From Leucoraja ocellata (taxonomy: Eukaryota): a stretch of 64,000 bases of DNA. Below, piece by piece: positions 23,207 through 35,275 of this stretch. The stretch is taken from contig JAWMAR010000013.1 of the NCBI GenBank assembly GCA_036785375.1, positions 1,612,001 through 1,676,000 of the forward strand. The letters run 5' to 3'. The translations under genes were made by a program, and so were the position numbers. Below the pieces are notes generated by a model. The model made no database searches. It was not told the origin of the DNA and saw only the letters and a list, made by a program, of their open reading frames with translations. Numbering within the stretch: the first letter of the stretch is position 1; the number at the start of each line of letters is the position of its first letter.

Positions 23207-24831
23207 AATAATAATAATAATAAATTTTATTTATGGGCGCCTTACAAAAATTTAGCAGGTAGAGGAAAAACATGTAAGGGGAATGAAATAAATAGTAGAG
23301 ACATGACTAGTACACAAAGTAAAGACAGAATTCAATGCAAAACACAATATGAGGCAATTAATGCACATATGAAAAGGGAGGGGGACGTGGGGCTAAGGAT
23401 AGGCAGAGGTGAAGAGATGGGTCTTGAGGCGGGACTGGAAGATGGTGAGGGACACGGAATTGCGGATCAGTTGGGGGAGGGAGTTCCAGAGCCTGGGAGC
23501 TGCCCTGGAGAAGGCTCTGTCCCCAAAACTGCGGAGGTTGGACTTGTGGATGGAGAGGAGACCGGCTGATGTGGATCTGAGGGACCGTGAGGGTTGGTAG
23601 GGGGAGAGGAGATCAGTGAGATATGGGGGGGCCAGATGGTGGAGGGCTTTGTAGGTGAGGATCAGGATTTTGCAGTTGATCCGGTGGGAGATGGGAAGCC
23701 AGTGAAGTTGTTTGAGGACTGGAGTGATGTGATGCCAGGATTTGGTGTGGGTGATGAGTCGGGTGGCTGCGTTCTGGACCAGTTGGAGTCGGTTGATGTA
23801 GGTGGAGCTGATGCCAAGGAGAAGTGAGTTGCAGTAGTCCAGTCGGGAGGAGATGAAGGCATGGATGAGTCTTTCAGCAGCAGGAGGTGTGAGAGAGGGT
23901 CTGAGTTTGGCAATGTTGCGGAGATGGAAGAAGGAGTTTTTAATGACATGGTGGATGTGAGGCTCAAGGGAGAGGGTGGAATCAAAGATCACGCCAAGGT
24001 TGCGGGCCTGGGGAGATGGGGAGACAGTGGTGCCGTTGATGGTGAGAGTGGGGTTATTGATTTTGCTGAGTGTGGCTTTGGAGCCTATGAGGAGGAATTC
24101 TGTCTTATCGCTGTTGAGTTTGAGGAAATTATGTTGCATCCAGGTTTTTATAGCTGACAAACAGGAGTTGATATGGGAGAGGGGGGGTTGTGGGGGGATT
24201 TGGTGCCGAGGTAGATCTGGGTGTCGTCAGCGTAACAGTGGAAGTCCAGGTTGAAGTGGCGGAGTATCTGACCAAGGGGGAGGATGTAGATGATGAGGAG
24301 GAGGGGGCCGAGTACGGAGCCTTGGGGAACGCCTTGAGTGACTGTGGCTGTAGCAGAGGTGTGGTTGTGGAGAGAGATGAAGTGGGATCTGTTGGAAAGG
24401 TAGGAACGGAGCCAGCTGAGTGCAGAGCCTTCAATGCCGAGGTCTTTGAGTCTGGTGAGCATGATGTTATGGTTCACTGTATCGAAGGCTGCGCTCAGGT
24501 CGAGGAGGATGAGGATGTTGAGGGAACCGGTGTCAGCAGAGGTGAGGAGGTCGTTGAGGACTTTGAGGAGAGCAGTTTCTGTGCTATGGAGGGGGCGAAA
24601 GCCAGATTGGAGGGGTTCAAGTAGGTTATACGCAAGGAGGTGGGAATGAAGTTGGGACGCAACGATACGTTCCAGGGTTTTTGAAAGAAAGGGGAGGTTT
24701 GAGATTGGGCGGTAGTTAATGAGAGGGGAGGGATCAAGACCAGGTTTCTTTAAGATTGGTGTGACAGCAGCAGTTTTGAAAGCGGAGGGGACAATTCCTT
24801 GGGACAATGAGGAGTTGAAGAGATTAGTGAG
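23207..24831 (-). mobile_element. 5'-truncated L2-clade LINE, reverse transcriptase with one frameshift
   Basis: ORFs 24148-24891 and 23393-24160: NYRPISNL, LLDLSAAFDTV, GVPQGSVLGP, YADD, LIHAFISSRLDYCNSLL; AATAAA plus (ATT)n tail; gttat repeated at both junctions. Confidence 0.93.
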
Positions 24832-26379
24832 GTTATCTGCCTGTGTTGCCATTTTTATGGAACTATGGACTTGCAGCACAAGATCTTTCATTACATTAAT
24901 TAGACTTCTAAAATCTCAGCCACTTGTTCTGCATGTCCTACCAGAATTTGACATCCTAAAGTGCATCCCCTCGCACTCATCAGGATTAAATTCCATCTGT
25001 CACCATTCTGCCCAACTTTCCAGCTGGTCTATGTCTTGCTGTATCCCTGGACAACCTTCCCTGGACAACCTTCTTTGCTGCTGACAACTCTATCACTCTT
25101 TGAGTCGTCAGCAAACCTGCTTGTTGTACCATCTACATTCTTATCCAAATCATTTTTATAAATTACAAACTACAAAGGTCCCAATTGGTGCACAATTTGT
25201 GACAGAATTCCAGTAGCTGTTCACAGAACAGTACAAGTTAATTGAACCCCTGCACAATTGTACATGGGTCCGGAGAATTTAGACAGAAATAAAGAGTGAA
25301 TGTCCTGTTGCACCAGCTGAGGGCAGTCAAGTTCTGCAGCAAAGGCTAATACCGCTACTTCCTTGTTTAAAGATTCACTGTAAAACACTGCTGATTTATT
25401 CAATGTCTTAGAATTTCTATTGTGTCTGACCCCAGCAGCAATACTGACGGTGCCACTGTGGGTGGGTCACTCATTTAAGATAGAGGTGAGGATTTATCTT
25501 CTTGCAGAAAGTCGTGAGTTTTTGGAACTATCTTCTTCAAAGAGCAGTGAATATTTTTAAGACGAGTGCCGATAGATGCTGGATAAGCAAAGGCTGAAAG
25601 ATTTTTTGTGGGTAGACGTGAAAGCTGATTTGAGGTTGCACTCCCAATCAGTCTTGAGCTTATTGAATGGTGGAGCAGGTTTGAGGGGCACCATAGACCA
25701 TTCAATCCATTGTTACAGGCCTGTTCTTTGAAAGATCTAGACATCTCCCCTGATCTGTTCCCAGAGCCCAACAACTGTTCTATTTTACGCATTTGTCCAT
25801 TTTACAGACTGTGCCCATTGCTATTGGGGCCAGCATTTAGTAACTAATTTCTCCTGAGAATTTCTTCCTTATCTTGAATTAAAACATGTTTTTAGTTTTG
25901 CTTTGTTAGTTGATATTGAAGCTGTTCCCCATTATCCTTTCTGGTAACGCATTCTAGATCTATTATTCAATGTGTAAAGGAACAAATCTCCTCAATGCTT
26001 TTATTAATTATTTAAAATCTGTGTATGTTGATTATCCAACCTTTGCAACTAATAAGTAAGGTCCTATAAACTCGATTAAAGCCTCCCACAATTTTGAACA
26101 CCTACAGTTTTATTACTTTCTCTGCGTTAATTAGAAAACACTCCAACCTCTGCACAATTGCAGATAATTTAGGCCCTTCTTTCTGAGTGCCATTATAGTA
26201 AATGTTTTCACTCTTTTTTTTGGATATGGATAAGCTGGTAGAGCCACATCCTACTGAAGTCCAATACAAGTTTTGAACAAGGGATCAGTGAAATTACATC
26301 ACCCGCCCCAACAGCTTCATGTGCACCTGTACAGGCATCAGATTGGCGTTCCAGATATGCATCTACAGAGCAAATGGCT

Positions 26380-26935
26380 TGTATGGTGTTCCCAGCTGTG
26401 TCCTTGGAACCTGTGTGGACCAGATGGCAGGAGTATTCATGGACAACTTTAACTTCTCAAATCTGAAGTTCCCAACTGCTTTAAGATGACCACTATCATC
26501 CCAATGCCAAAGAAAAGCACTGTAGTGTGCCATAATGACCACTGCCCAGTGACACTGACATGTGCTTCGAGAGGCTGGTCATGGCACACATCAACTTCAG
26601 CCTCCCAAGCAGCCTAGATATACTGCAATTTGCCTACCACTGAAACAAGTCCATGGCAGATGTCATCTCTCTGGCTCCACACTCATAACTGCAACATCTG
26701 AATAGCAAGGACCTACGTTAGACTACCTGTTTATTGACTATCATAACTCCACCTTCAACACCATATTCTAAGCAAAGTATTCTCCAAATACTGGGACCTA
26801 GTTGCTCAGCACCCGCCTCTGCCACTGCATCCCTGTCTTCCCAACCTGCAGACTGCAGTCAGTAAGTATAGACGATGATACTTCCTCCATTATAATTCTC
26901 AACACTGGTGCACCACAAGGCTGCTAACTCAGCGT
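26380..26935 (+). mobile_element. Decayed Rex1/Babar-like LINE RT fragment
   Basis: Translates to DQMAGVFMD.FN, CFK.TTIIPMPKK, CFERLVMAHI, NTGAPQGC-like motifs with stops. Confidence 0.7.
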
Positions 26936-26940
26936 CTTAA

Positions 26941-27280
26941 GGCCCTGTTCCACTTTCCCGAGTTACTCACAAACTCTCCTGAGTTTTCCCCTTGATTCAA
27001 ACTCGGGGAATGTTGGATAATGTCGGTAGCGAGCCTGTAGGAGTCTGTAGATGTTTCGTAGCGGCTCGTAGTGCCAGCCGGAGGAACTCAGGGCATCGGG
27101 TAAGTCGGGACGTTTTTTCAACATGTTGAAAAATGTCCACGAGTATAAAAAATAGCCCCGAGTACCTACGAATGGCTATTACCGTTAAGGCCCTGTCCCT
27201 CTTTCCCGAGTTACTCATGAACTCTCCCTTGATTCGAATTCGGAGAATTACGGTAATAACCATTCGTAGGTACTCGTAGG
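26941..27280. mobile_element. Rearranged non-autonomous DNA transposon (ggccctgt(c/t)cc..tt terminus, possibly Harbinger-like)
   Basis: Terminus duplicated at 26941 and 27189, each after ttaa; central 20-bp palindrome 27114-27133; inverted repeat 27159-27185 / 27250-27276. Confidence 0.6.
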
Positions 27281-28069
27281 TAAGTATATAGCTCACTGAA
27301 AATGGTGACACAGATAGATAGGGTAGGAAAGTATTTAGCTTGCTTGCCTGCACAGGTAAGGGTAATGGGTCTGAATGTTTTCACACAGAGGGTGCTGGGT
27401 ATATGGGACAACATGCCAGAGCAGGTGATAGAGGCAGCTACATTACAGCATTTGAAAAGTCAGGTACATGGATGGAAAAGCTAGAGAGGGATATGGATCA
27501 ATTGAAGGAAAGGGGCTTGGTGTGGATAGGCATCTTGGATCGATGGGCCTGTTTATGTTCCATACAACTCTGTGACTAAAACCATTCTAAAGACCGCTCA
27601 GTTGCAGGAAATAATTGATGACACGTAAGTACGAGGTGAAAGTTGAGAGGCAGCTTGGCTGAGAAATAATGTTAAGTAAAATAAATGACTAAATAAATCC
27701 AGCCTCCCTTCTACTGCACAGACTGGTCCCTCTTCAGAAATGGTTCCGCTCCTTGTCTTTACGTCGATGCACTTAACACACAGAACCGTTGTGTAGCGTG
27801 GCAGTTTGTTTAATAGTGTTGGACAGTGCAACTCTCGCATTAGTGAGCAGTTACAGTCCTGCAGCTCCAACAAGGATTAAAATCATCCAATCGTGATGTT
27901 TGTTGGAGGTTTGTTTGGATTCTGAACGGGATTTGGCCACTAATCTTGAGTGACAGATTGAAAGTTAGCAGTTTTCAAGGTGACACAAAGTGCCCATTCT
28001 GCGCTTAGTAACAATACTACAATGTCTCAAGTGCATCCTGTCACAAGCAATTAATCTATTTCTCCCCAG

Positions 28070-28134
28070 GCCTGGAGCCTCTTCACTTGCTTCGCATTCT
28101 GCAAGCATGCTGGACAAAGAGGGAGATTCATGAG
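28070..28134 (+). CDS. EXD3: EXD3 exon (GLEPLHLLRILQACWTKREIHE)
   Basis: ccccag acceptor, GTAAGC donor, 65 bp, phase 1-0; aligns with human EXD3 GRDPLLLLQALQTLWSTRERKQ (recalled). Confidence 0.88.
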
Positions 28135-29567
28135 GTAAGCCCCCTATTGATAAAAGCTTACAATAGGCCTTGGATTTATGCAGTGTGTGTCTGCAGCAAT
28201 ACATGGGGGAGCATTATTCATGTAAGTTTGTGTTGATTGTATGAAGTAGGTTTTCACTGGAAATTGTAATTTAGGCAGAGGGTGGAGTTAGGAGTTAGGA
28301 ACGGGAGTGAAACCTCAGAAAAGGAGCAATGAAAATCACTAACCATTTTGGTTTAATGGCTCAGTTCTTTACCTTATCTCACAATGCATTATGACCGGAT
28401 TGTCATCAGAACTGATTCAAGTAGTCATCTATATTGTTTTAAACAGGTTGTTATGGTTTCCAGAAGAGGGCGAGACTCTCCGGTGAACTTGTGGGAGTTG
28501 ATGACAGACTGTTTTACATTTGTCACACCTGCAATACAAACACGGCACTTGTTTCCTTACCTTTTCTGTTCACCGTCTCCCTTCCCAATATCCATAATCC
28601 CAAGCACTTTTTCCAGGTGAAAGTGGGATTCACTAGATTTACTACTCCGTGGTCAATATGAAGACTTATACTGTGCAACTTAAATTAAAGTTTGGGGCAG
28701 TTCAGGCATTGTTAGGGTTGCTGTAGATATTCAGATAAGCGATCAATAGGCAACTGCGTTAGTGACGTGGAATTCATCTGGGTTCTTATGTACATGAATC
28801 ATATAAATGCTATTTTGCCCTTCCTCTCTCTCAAACCCCTCTCTCTACTTATCTCACTTTCTTACCTCTTGTATTTTTGGATAAAAGTTTTGGATAAAAG
28901 ATCTCGGAGAAAACCCACGTAGGTCACGGGGAGAACATACAAACTCCGTACGGACAGTACCCACAGTCAGGATCGAACCCGGGTCTCTGGCACTGTAAGG
29001 CAGTAGCTCAAACACTGCGGCACCGTGCTGCCCATTAGTTGTAACTAATTTTCCAGAGGAACTATCTCACCGTCAGTGTCCAAGCCGAATACATTTGACT
29101 GAAGAAGGGTCTCGACCCAAAACGTCACCCATTACTCCTCTCCAGGGATGCTGCCTATCCCGCTGAGTTACTCCAGAATGTTGTGCCTATGAGTGATCAA
29201 GGTGCTATTAAGGATTTCCCAAAATACATCCCTACATTTTCTGTTCCTCTCTGCCCACATCCTCTTGAATACAGAAACACGCAATGCACAGAGCAGAACC
29301 TCGAGGATGGACCACAGTGATGTGAGCTCAAAACCCTGAACTCCATTTTCTTCAACGGACACCATTTCCTGCAGCCAGGGTTGTTCAGGATATAGAAGCT
29401 GTTCTGGAGTTCCCACATGCAGCAAGTTTGTATCCCATGCATTTAACATGCTTGAACATCCCTCCATTGAGTAGGTTAATTCATACGGAATTCATTATTT
29501 CATACAGAAATAAACAGAGTCAAAAACAAAAGTACACAGCACGGCACAATGTTTCTACACCTTATTG

Positions 29568-29706
29568 TGTAAGAAGGAACTGCAGAAGCTGGTCTGTACC
29601 AAAGATAGATACAAAATGTTGGAGTAACTCAGCGGGACAGGCAGCATCTCTGGATAGAAGGAATGGGTGATGTTTCGGGTCGAGACCCTTCTTCAGACTC
29701 TACTTG
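29568..29706 (-). mobile_element. Short Penelope-derived element with hammerhead-like core
   Basis: Minus strand reads CTGAAGA-A-GGGTC-TC-GACCC-GAAAC-ATC; flanked by ccttattg (29560-29567 and 29707-29714). Confidence 0.7.
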
Positions 29707-31693
29707 CCTTATTGCTGGCAGCAACCAGTCCATGTATTCCAGTGAATTCACGCTCTGCAATTCCCACTTTCAACTTCCCATATCTCCCAATCTCTTGGGC
29801 TGCTCCTTCCTTTTTACAGAAGCAAAGCAGCATCCATTTCCACTGTGCATTAGAATCCCACACTCACCAAATATCTGACTTTAGTTCTCTAAAGAAATAC
29901 ATAATAAATTCGAGACCCCAGTTAAATAGAGAAACAGTCCTACCCCACAAATTCCTGTGTTTAGTTGTACAAAGAAATAGCATGACTCAATAAACGCCGG
30001 TATAGCTCTATGTAAAAGCAGACCTTTCCAATGATTTTGAACTTTAGTTCTGCATTGAAAATTGTCCTCAATTAATTCTGGCGTTTATTTAAGTAGAAAA
30101 AGTAATTCCTCCCACTCAGTGGGAGGCTTATATTTTTATGTTTCACCTTATGGGAGTTTGTGGTTTGTGTTGTTGTTAGAGTTGTGTTATTGATGATTTG
30201 CTTTGTGGGGTTTGTATTATTGGGAGCCTCTGGGGATTTATATTATTGGGGGTCTCTTGGTGTTGGTGTTCTCAGAGGTCTCGCTCTTTGGAGATTGTGT
30301 CATCAGGTGTGATTCTGTGGCATTTGTACTATCTAGGTTTCACTCTGTGGATGTTTGTGTAACTGGGGTTTTATGTCAGGGTTGCATTTTTAGACACTGC
30401 GTTGTGGTTCTGTTATTGGGCGTTGTGCTCTATGGTTATTATGAGGTTTAAATTTGTTGATATTTACTGTGGTGCTGCAAACTCTCTGGTGTTTTTCCCA
30501 GTATTAAAGCTTTTTCTCTGCTGTACACAACTGCAGTTTCTAAGGAGATTGTGGAACAATATTACAAATATGAATGATTCATATGATGTTCACACATGTA
30601 CAGATATACATGTGGATGGTGGGGATGGGGGGTGGTGGGAGAGCGGAGAGAGTGGAAGCAGAGAGAGAGGGGACAGACAGACAGACAGACAGAGACAGAG
30701 AGGGGATATTCCCAGGAGTCAGTTTTTCCGAAAGAACCTTTGAAGGCATCCATGAATCTTTTCTTCTGTCCACCTGGTAATTTTTCCCTGTGCTCTTGAT
30801 CGAGCTATTGTTGCAGCAGTCTGGTGTCAGATATGTGAAAGGCATGGTCTGTACAAAGTAGCCAGATGTCTGTAACTAGTGTCTCAATGCTGGGCAAAGG
30901 AGAAAACACTGACTTTGCTTTTTTTTAACTAATCCTTCCAGTGAATTTGAAAGTTATTGGAGAGACTATTTTATTGGTAGTTTTCGATGTCTTGACGTGC
31001 CCACTGCAGGTAGTCCAGGTTCCAGGAGCATATAGACCGAAGGCAATCAATCCACCAGCAGACCGTGAGTTTAGTGTCAGATCTGAGGTCTTGATCCTCA
31101 AACACTTTTCTTCATTAAACCAAACTCAGCGCTAGTGCTTTGAAGGCGGTGTTGAATTTCATCATTAATGTCTGTGTTCGGTGAGAACTGACTATGAGAA
31201 GTGATCCATGTTTTCCATGTGAACGTTTAGTGTTGGAGGGCGGGCCCAAATACAGAATGAGATACACAGAGCGCTCAGACTGCAGAAAGATAGTGAGCAC
31301 ATTTGTCCCCTCCGGCTTGTTTCATGTCGTCATTCTTCATTTCCTCCAACCAAGGGTTTGAAGGAATTTGGTCTATGAAGCAGCTCCCTATAAAGCGTCT
31401 GTCTGCCCTGTGACTGCCTGGCGTTGAAAGCACCTTTTGTCTGTGATGGTGCAGCACATTGTGGCACTGTGCATGTTTACGGGTTCATTAGTGCAGACAA
31501 TTGGCTTTGCACAGGCTGATGTTGAAGTGAAATGAAGTGTTAAGGAATCTGAATTGCCGTGCACTGTCACAGCAAGCGGGATGGGGGACGGAGAGTAACA
31601 GTTACCTCGCTGAATAAATTAGTAGGCTCTTTTTGTGATGTTTAGATCAAGGGCTTTCCTTTTGTTTTGTTCACCCCCTCTTTGTCTCCCCAG

Positions 31694-31864
31694 CTCCCGG
31701 AAGAAGCAAGGCGAGGATTTGCCTCCCTCGCTGATCCTTTGGAGGGTCTCCTGATCATGCTGGAGAACTGCAACGACTGGAAAAAGGGAAAGAAACAGTC
31801 CCTGGCACATTATCTGATTGACCAGTTTAATAGTTGGATAAAAGACAATGCAAGCGCCCAGCAG
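31694..31864 (+). CDS. EXD3: EXD3 exon (LPEEARRGFASLADPLEGLLIMLENC...NASAQQ)
   Basis: AG/GT boundaries, 171 bp, phase 0-0; resembles human LREEAWRGFAALDDPLAGLLDMLESC. Confidence 0.93.
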
Positions 31865-32574
31865 GTTGGCATTTTGCACATTGGCCCTACGCTCAGCATC
31901 ACATCACAGGGAATGTTTGGGGGATGTTAGGACTGGAGGCAGGATGATCAGAGATAGTGTGATCAGTATTGGAGCCTAGTGGTCATTAGTATTACAAACA
32001 ATCCACATCAGTCTGGACTGCCAAGCAGTAACTTGTAGGGGGGGAGGAGTGGTGCTTTCTTTCCTCTCTCTCCCTAGTATCATGCGAACATATCACAGTT
32101 TTAAAAAACACATAGATGTATCTCTCTGCCTTTCTAGGTGTCAAATATGCACAACTCTCTGTTCAAAAATGTTTATGGGAAGTCCATAGGTGCAAAGCTT
32201 TGTCTGATTGTAATTGAGGTACACAAATAAAGATAAGAAGGCTCATAAATAACCACCAGAGAGAACTGCTGCTCAGTGATAAATGGCTTTGTGACAATAG
32301 TTCTGATCAATAATTTGTTGGTATATGATTTGTTATGATCAATGATCATGTATGATGGATTCATCATGTTTATGTCATTCTGGTCAGTGATGATCATGTG
32401 TAAATAAAGTGAGAACAATAATATTTGGGTGAGTTCTGCTCAATAATAATTAATGACGTGAGTACATAATGATTAACTGTTGATTGTGTATGAAATAAAA
32501 CTGATAATTTGCTGTCCTACTATTAAAAAAACCCAGTGGTTTAGCATTTGGTTCACCAGTTGATATTTGTGACT

Positions 32575-32990
32575 CTCCCTTTCAATGCACTGGGGCTGCA
32601 GTTCCCACGCCCCCTTTCAATGCACTGGGGCACTAGTACACACACTCCCTCTCAATGCACTGGGGCTCCCGTTCCCACACACCATTTTAATGCATTGGGG
32701 CTGTAGTTCCCACACTCCCTTTCAATGCACTGGGGCTCTAGTACCCACTCTCCCTCTCAATGCATTGGGGCTCCTGTTCCACACACTGTTTTAATGCATT
32801 GGGGCTGTAGTTCCCACACTCCCTTTCAATGCACTGAAGCTCCCATTCCCACACTCCCTCTCAATGCACTGGGGCTCCAGTTCCCGCGCTCCCTTTCAGT
32901 ACACTATGACCCCGGTCTCATGCTTCTTTTCAACCCACTGGGCTCCAGTTGCCACACTTCCTTTCAAATCATCGGAGCCCCTGTTCCCAG
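32575..32990. repeat. 35-bp minisatellite, about 12 copies
   Basis: t(c/t)aatgca at 32582, 32617, 32652, 32687, 32722, 32757, 32791, 32826, 32861. Confidence 0.92.
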
Positions 32991-33496
32991 GCTCCTTTTA
33001 AACTTACCCCGATCACTGGAAAAATTATTTAAAATATTGTGAATTAAATACGTCTTGGTTGTTAATAGGAATAACATTCGATGGTGTGGAAAATCTAACA
33101 GCCTGGCATTACCAAGGACCTGAGTGTGACAGAATTTTGACATAGTGCTAATCAATAATTGATCATGTAGCAGTGGTTCTTGCAGCTGATCAATGATTGT
33201 GTGCATGAATTGCTCTGATCAATGGTAGTGGCATGTGATAGTGTTCTGATCAATACTGATTGTCAGCAGTTGTGGTCATTGATTGTTGCGATTCTGTGTA
33301 GTTGCTGATTGATGATTAGCGTTGAGTATTAAATGTGTGCAATTTCCAGTGTGTATTTTTGTATGAACAGTGATTATTACTGATAATTTTGTTTATTCAG
33401 ATTAAACAGCAAGTTGCTTTTGTGAATGGTTTGGGAATAGCATTTTAATGCTTCTTCCTCTATTTTCTCTATCCACTCCACATCTTTCTGCTAAAG

Positions 33497-33664
33497 CCAT
33501 GCCAGAAGCAAAACCTGCTGCAGGCAAAAGTCTTCGCTTTGCTCACCGTGGTTCCAACCAATGTGCTGGACCCGCTGGTTTCCCTGTTCGAAGTGGATAA
33601 AGCTGATACATCCTCCCTGCTCAGCCTGATTGAGGATCTGTGCATCAAGAACAAGTATAAGGAG
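33497..33664 (+). CDS. EXD3: EXD3 exon (PCQKQNLLQAKVFALLT...KNKYKE)
   Basis: AAG acceptor (alternative in-frame CAG at 33505), GTGAGG donor, 168 bp, phase 0-0; aligns with human LKQLQARAVKVLT...GRFRE. Confidence 0.88.
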
Positions 33665-34619
33665 GTGAGGCTTGTCATACTGTTGTATGGAAATCACTTT
33701 CTCGGTTATTAATAACTTTCCGCCTAAGACTACTGTTGTTTGGTTTCATTTAGAAATGACTAGTGCCTTCCCTGTCAGCCAGCAATATCTTTTGAATTTT
33801 GAAAAGAAAGCTTGAAAGAGACCAGAAATATCTAGTTTCTTGATGAACATTTGAATAACATTCAAACGTACTCCATTGCAGAATGTGATAATTTACACAT
33901 TTGGTTCGTGTCTCACAATTCACAGATGTGCCTCATATATTACTATTATTTTTGGCAATATAACGAGACAGTTTCCTATCCCTTGCTAACACCATCTGAT
34001 TTCTTGCTTCTCCAATTCCACCCTCTGCAATTCCCAAAGGATTGTTCCCGTATTGCATTTCAGAGCAGCTTGCGTTTTGAGGTTCAGGTTATTAACGAGG
34101 TATTAGTCAATGAAAACTGCATGATGGTGTTTAAGCATCAGTCCCCTCATTCACTGCTTCGACATGTTGCAATCCCATCACCTGCACCCAGGTCGGTAAA
34201 TGACGTAGTCCTTACCTGCATTTTTGAATTGAATTGGAAATGTTGTTGTTGATTCTGCTCCAAAGTATATCAGTCCCCAAAATCTGATTTGGTGTCATGA
34301 CATTTGCACTTTGATGCCTAAGTTTTGTAATCCTGTACAATTCAAATTATATTCAATTCAAAGACCCTTTATGAGATGGAAGCAACAAATGGCACATTGC
34401 AGCCCCCTGAAGTGATGCTGGTGGGTTAATTGGCATTAACACTGTGAATTATCCTGAGTGTTGGTAAATGGTAATAGAATCAAAGGGGATTTGATGGACA
34501 TGAGAGAGAATTGGTTGAAGGGCTTCATGCAAATAAGAGGGGAACAAGACTGTTGCATTGCTCGGCTGGGGAGAGATAGCATAGACCGGATGGGATGAAT
34601 GGCCGCAGAAAGTGTTCTA

Positions 34620-35275
34620 ATAATGCGAATGGTATGTTAGCTTTCATTGCAAAAGGATTTGAGTATAGGAGCAGGGAGGTTCTACTGCAGTTGTACAGGG
34701 TCTTGGTGAGACCACACCTGGAGTATTGCGTACAGTTTTGGTCTCCAAATCTGAGGAAGGACATTATTGCCATAGAGGGAGTGCAGAGACGGTTCACCAG
34801 ACTGATTCCTGGGATGTCAGGTCTGTCTTATGAAGAAAGACTGGATAGACTTGGTTTATACTCTCTAGAATTTAGGAGATTGAGAGGGGATCTTATAGAA
34901 ACTTACAAAATTCTTAAGGGGTTGGACAGGCTAGATGCAGGAAGATTGTTCCCGATGTTAGGGAAGTCCAGGACAAGGGGTCACAGCTTAAGGATAAGGG
35001 GGAAATCCTTTAAAACCGAGATGAGAAGAACTTTTTTCACACAGAGAGTGGTGAATCTCTGGAACTCTCTGCCACAGAGGGTAGTTGAGGCCAGTTCATT
35101 GGCTATATTTACGAGGGAATTAGATGTGGCCCTTGTGGCTAAGGGGATCAGGGGGTATGGAGAGAAGGCAGGTACGGGATACTGAGTTGGATGATCAGCC
35201 ATGATCATATTGAATGGCGGTGCAGGCTCGAAGGGCCGAATGGCCTACTCCTGCACCTAATTTCTATGTTTCTAT
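34620..35275 (+). mobile_element. Young 5'-truncated CR1 LINE with uninterrupted ORF2 C-terminus
   Basis: ORF 34595-35185 with LVRPHLEYCVQFWSP and FFTQRVVNLWNSLP; ttctatgt tail. Confidence 0.93.

Noticed and set aside
23409-25084. Plus-strand ORFs of 60-144 aa
   Set aside because: Antisense shadows of the minus-strand L2 RT
32575-32990. CRISPR-like array
   Set aside because: Units are contiguous tandem repeats with no unique spacers, there are no cas genes, and the DNA is vertebrate intron
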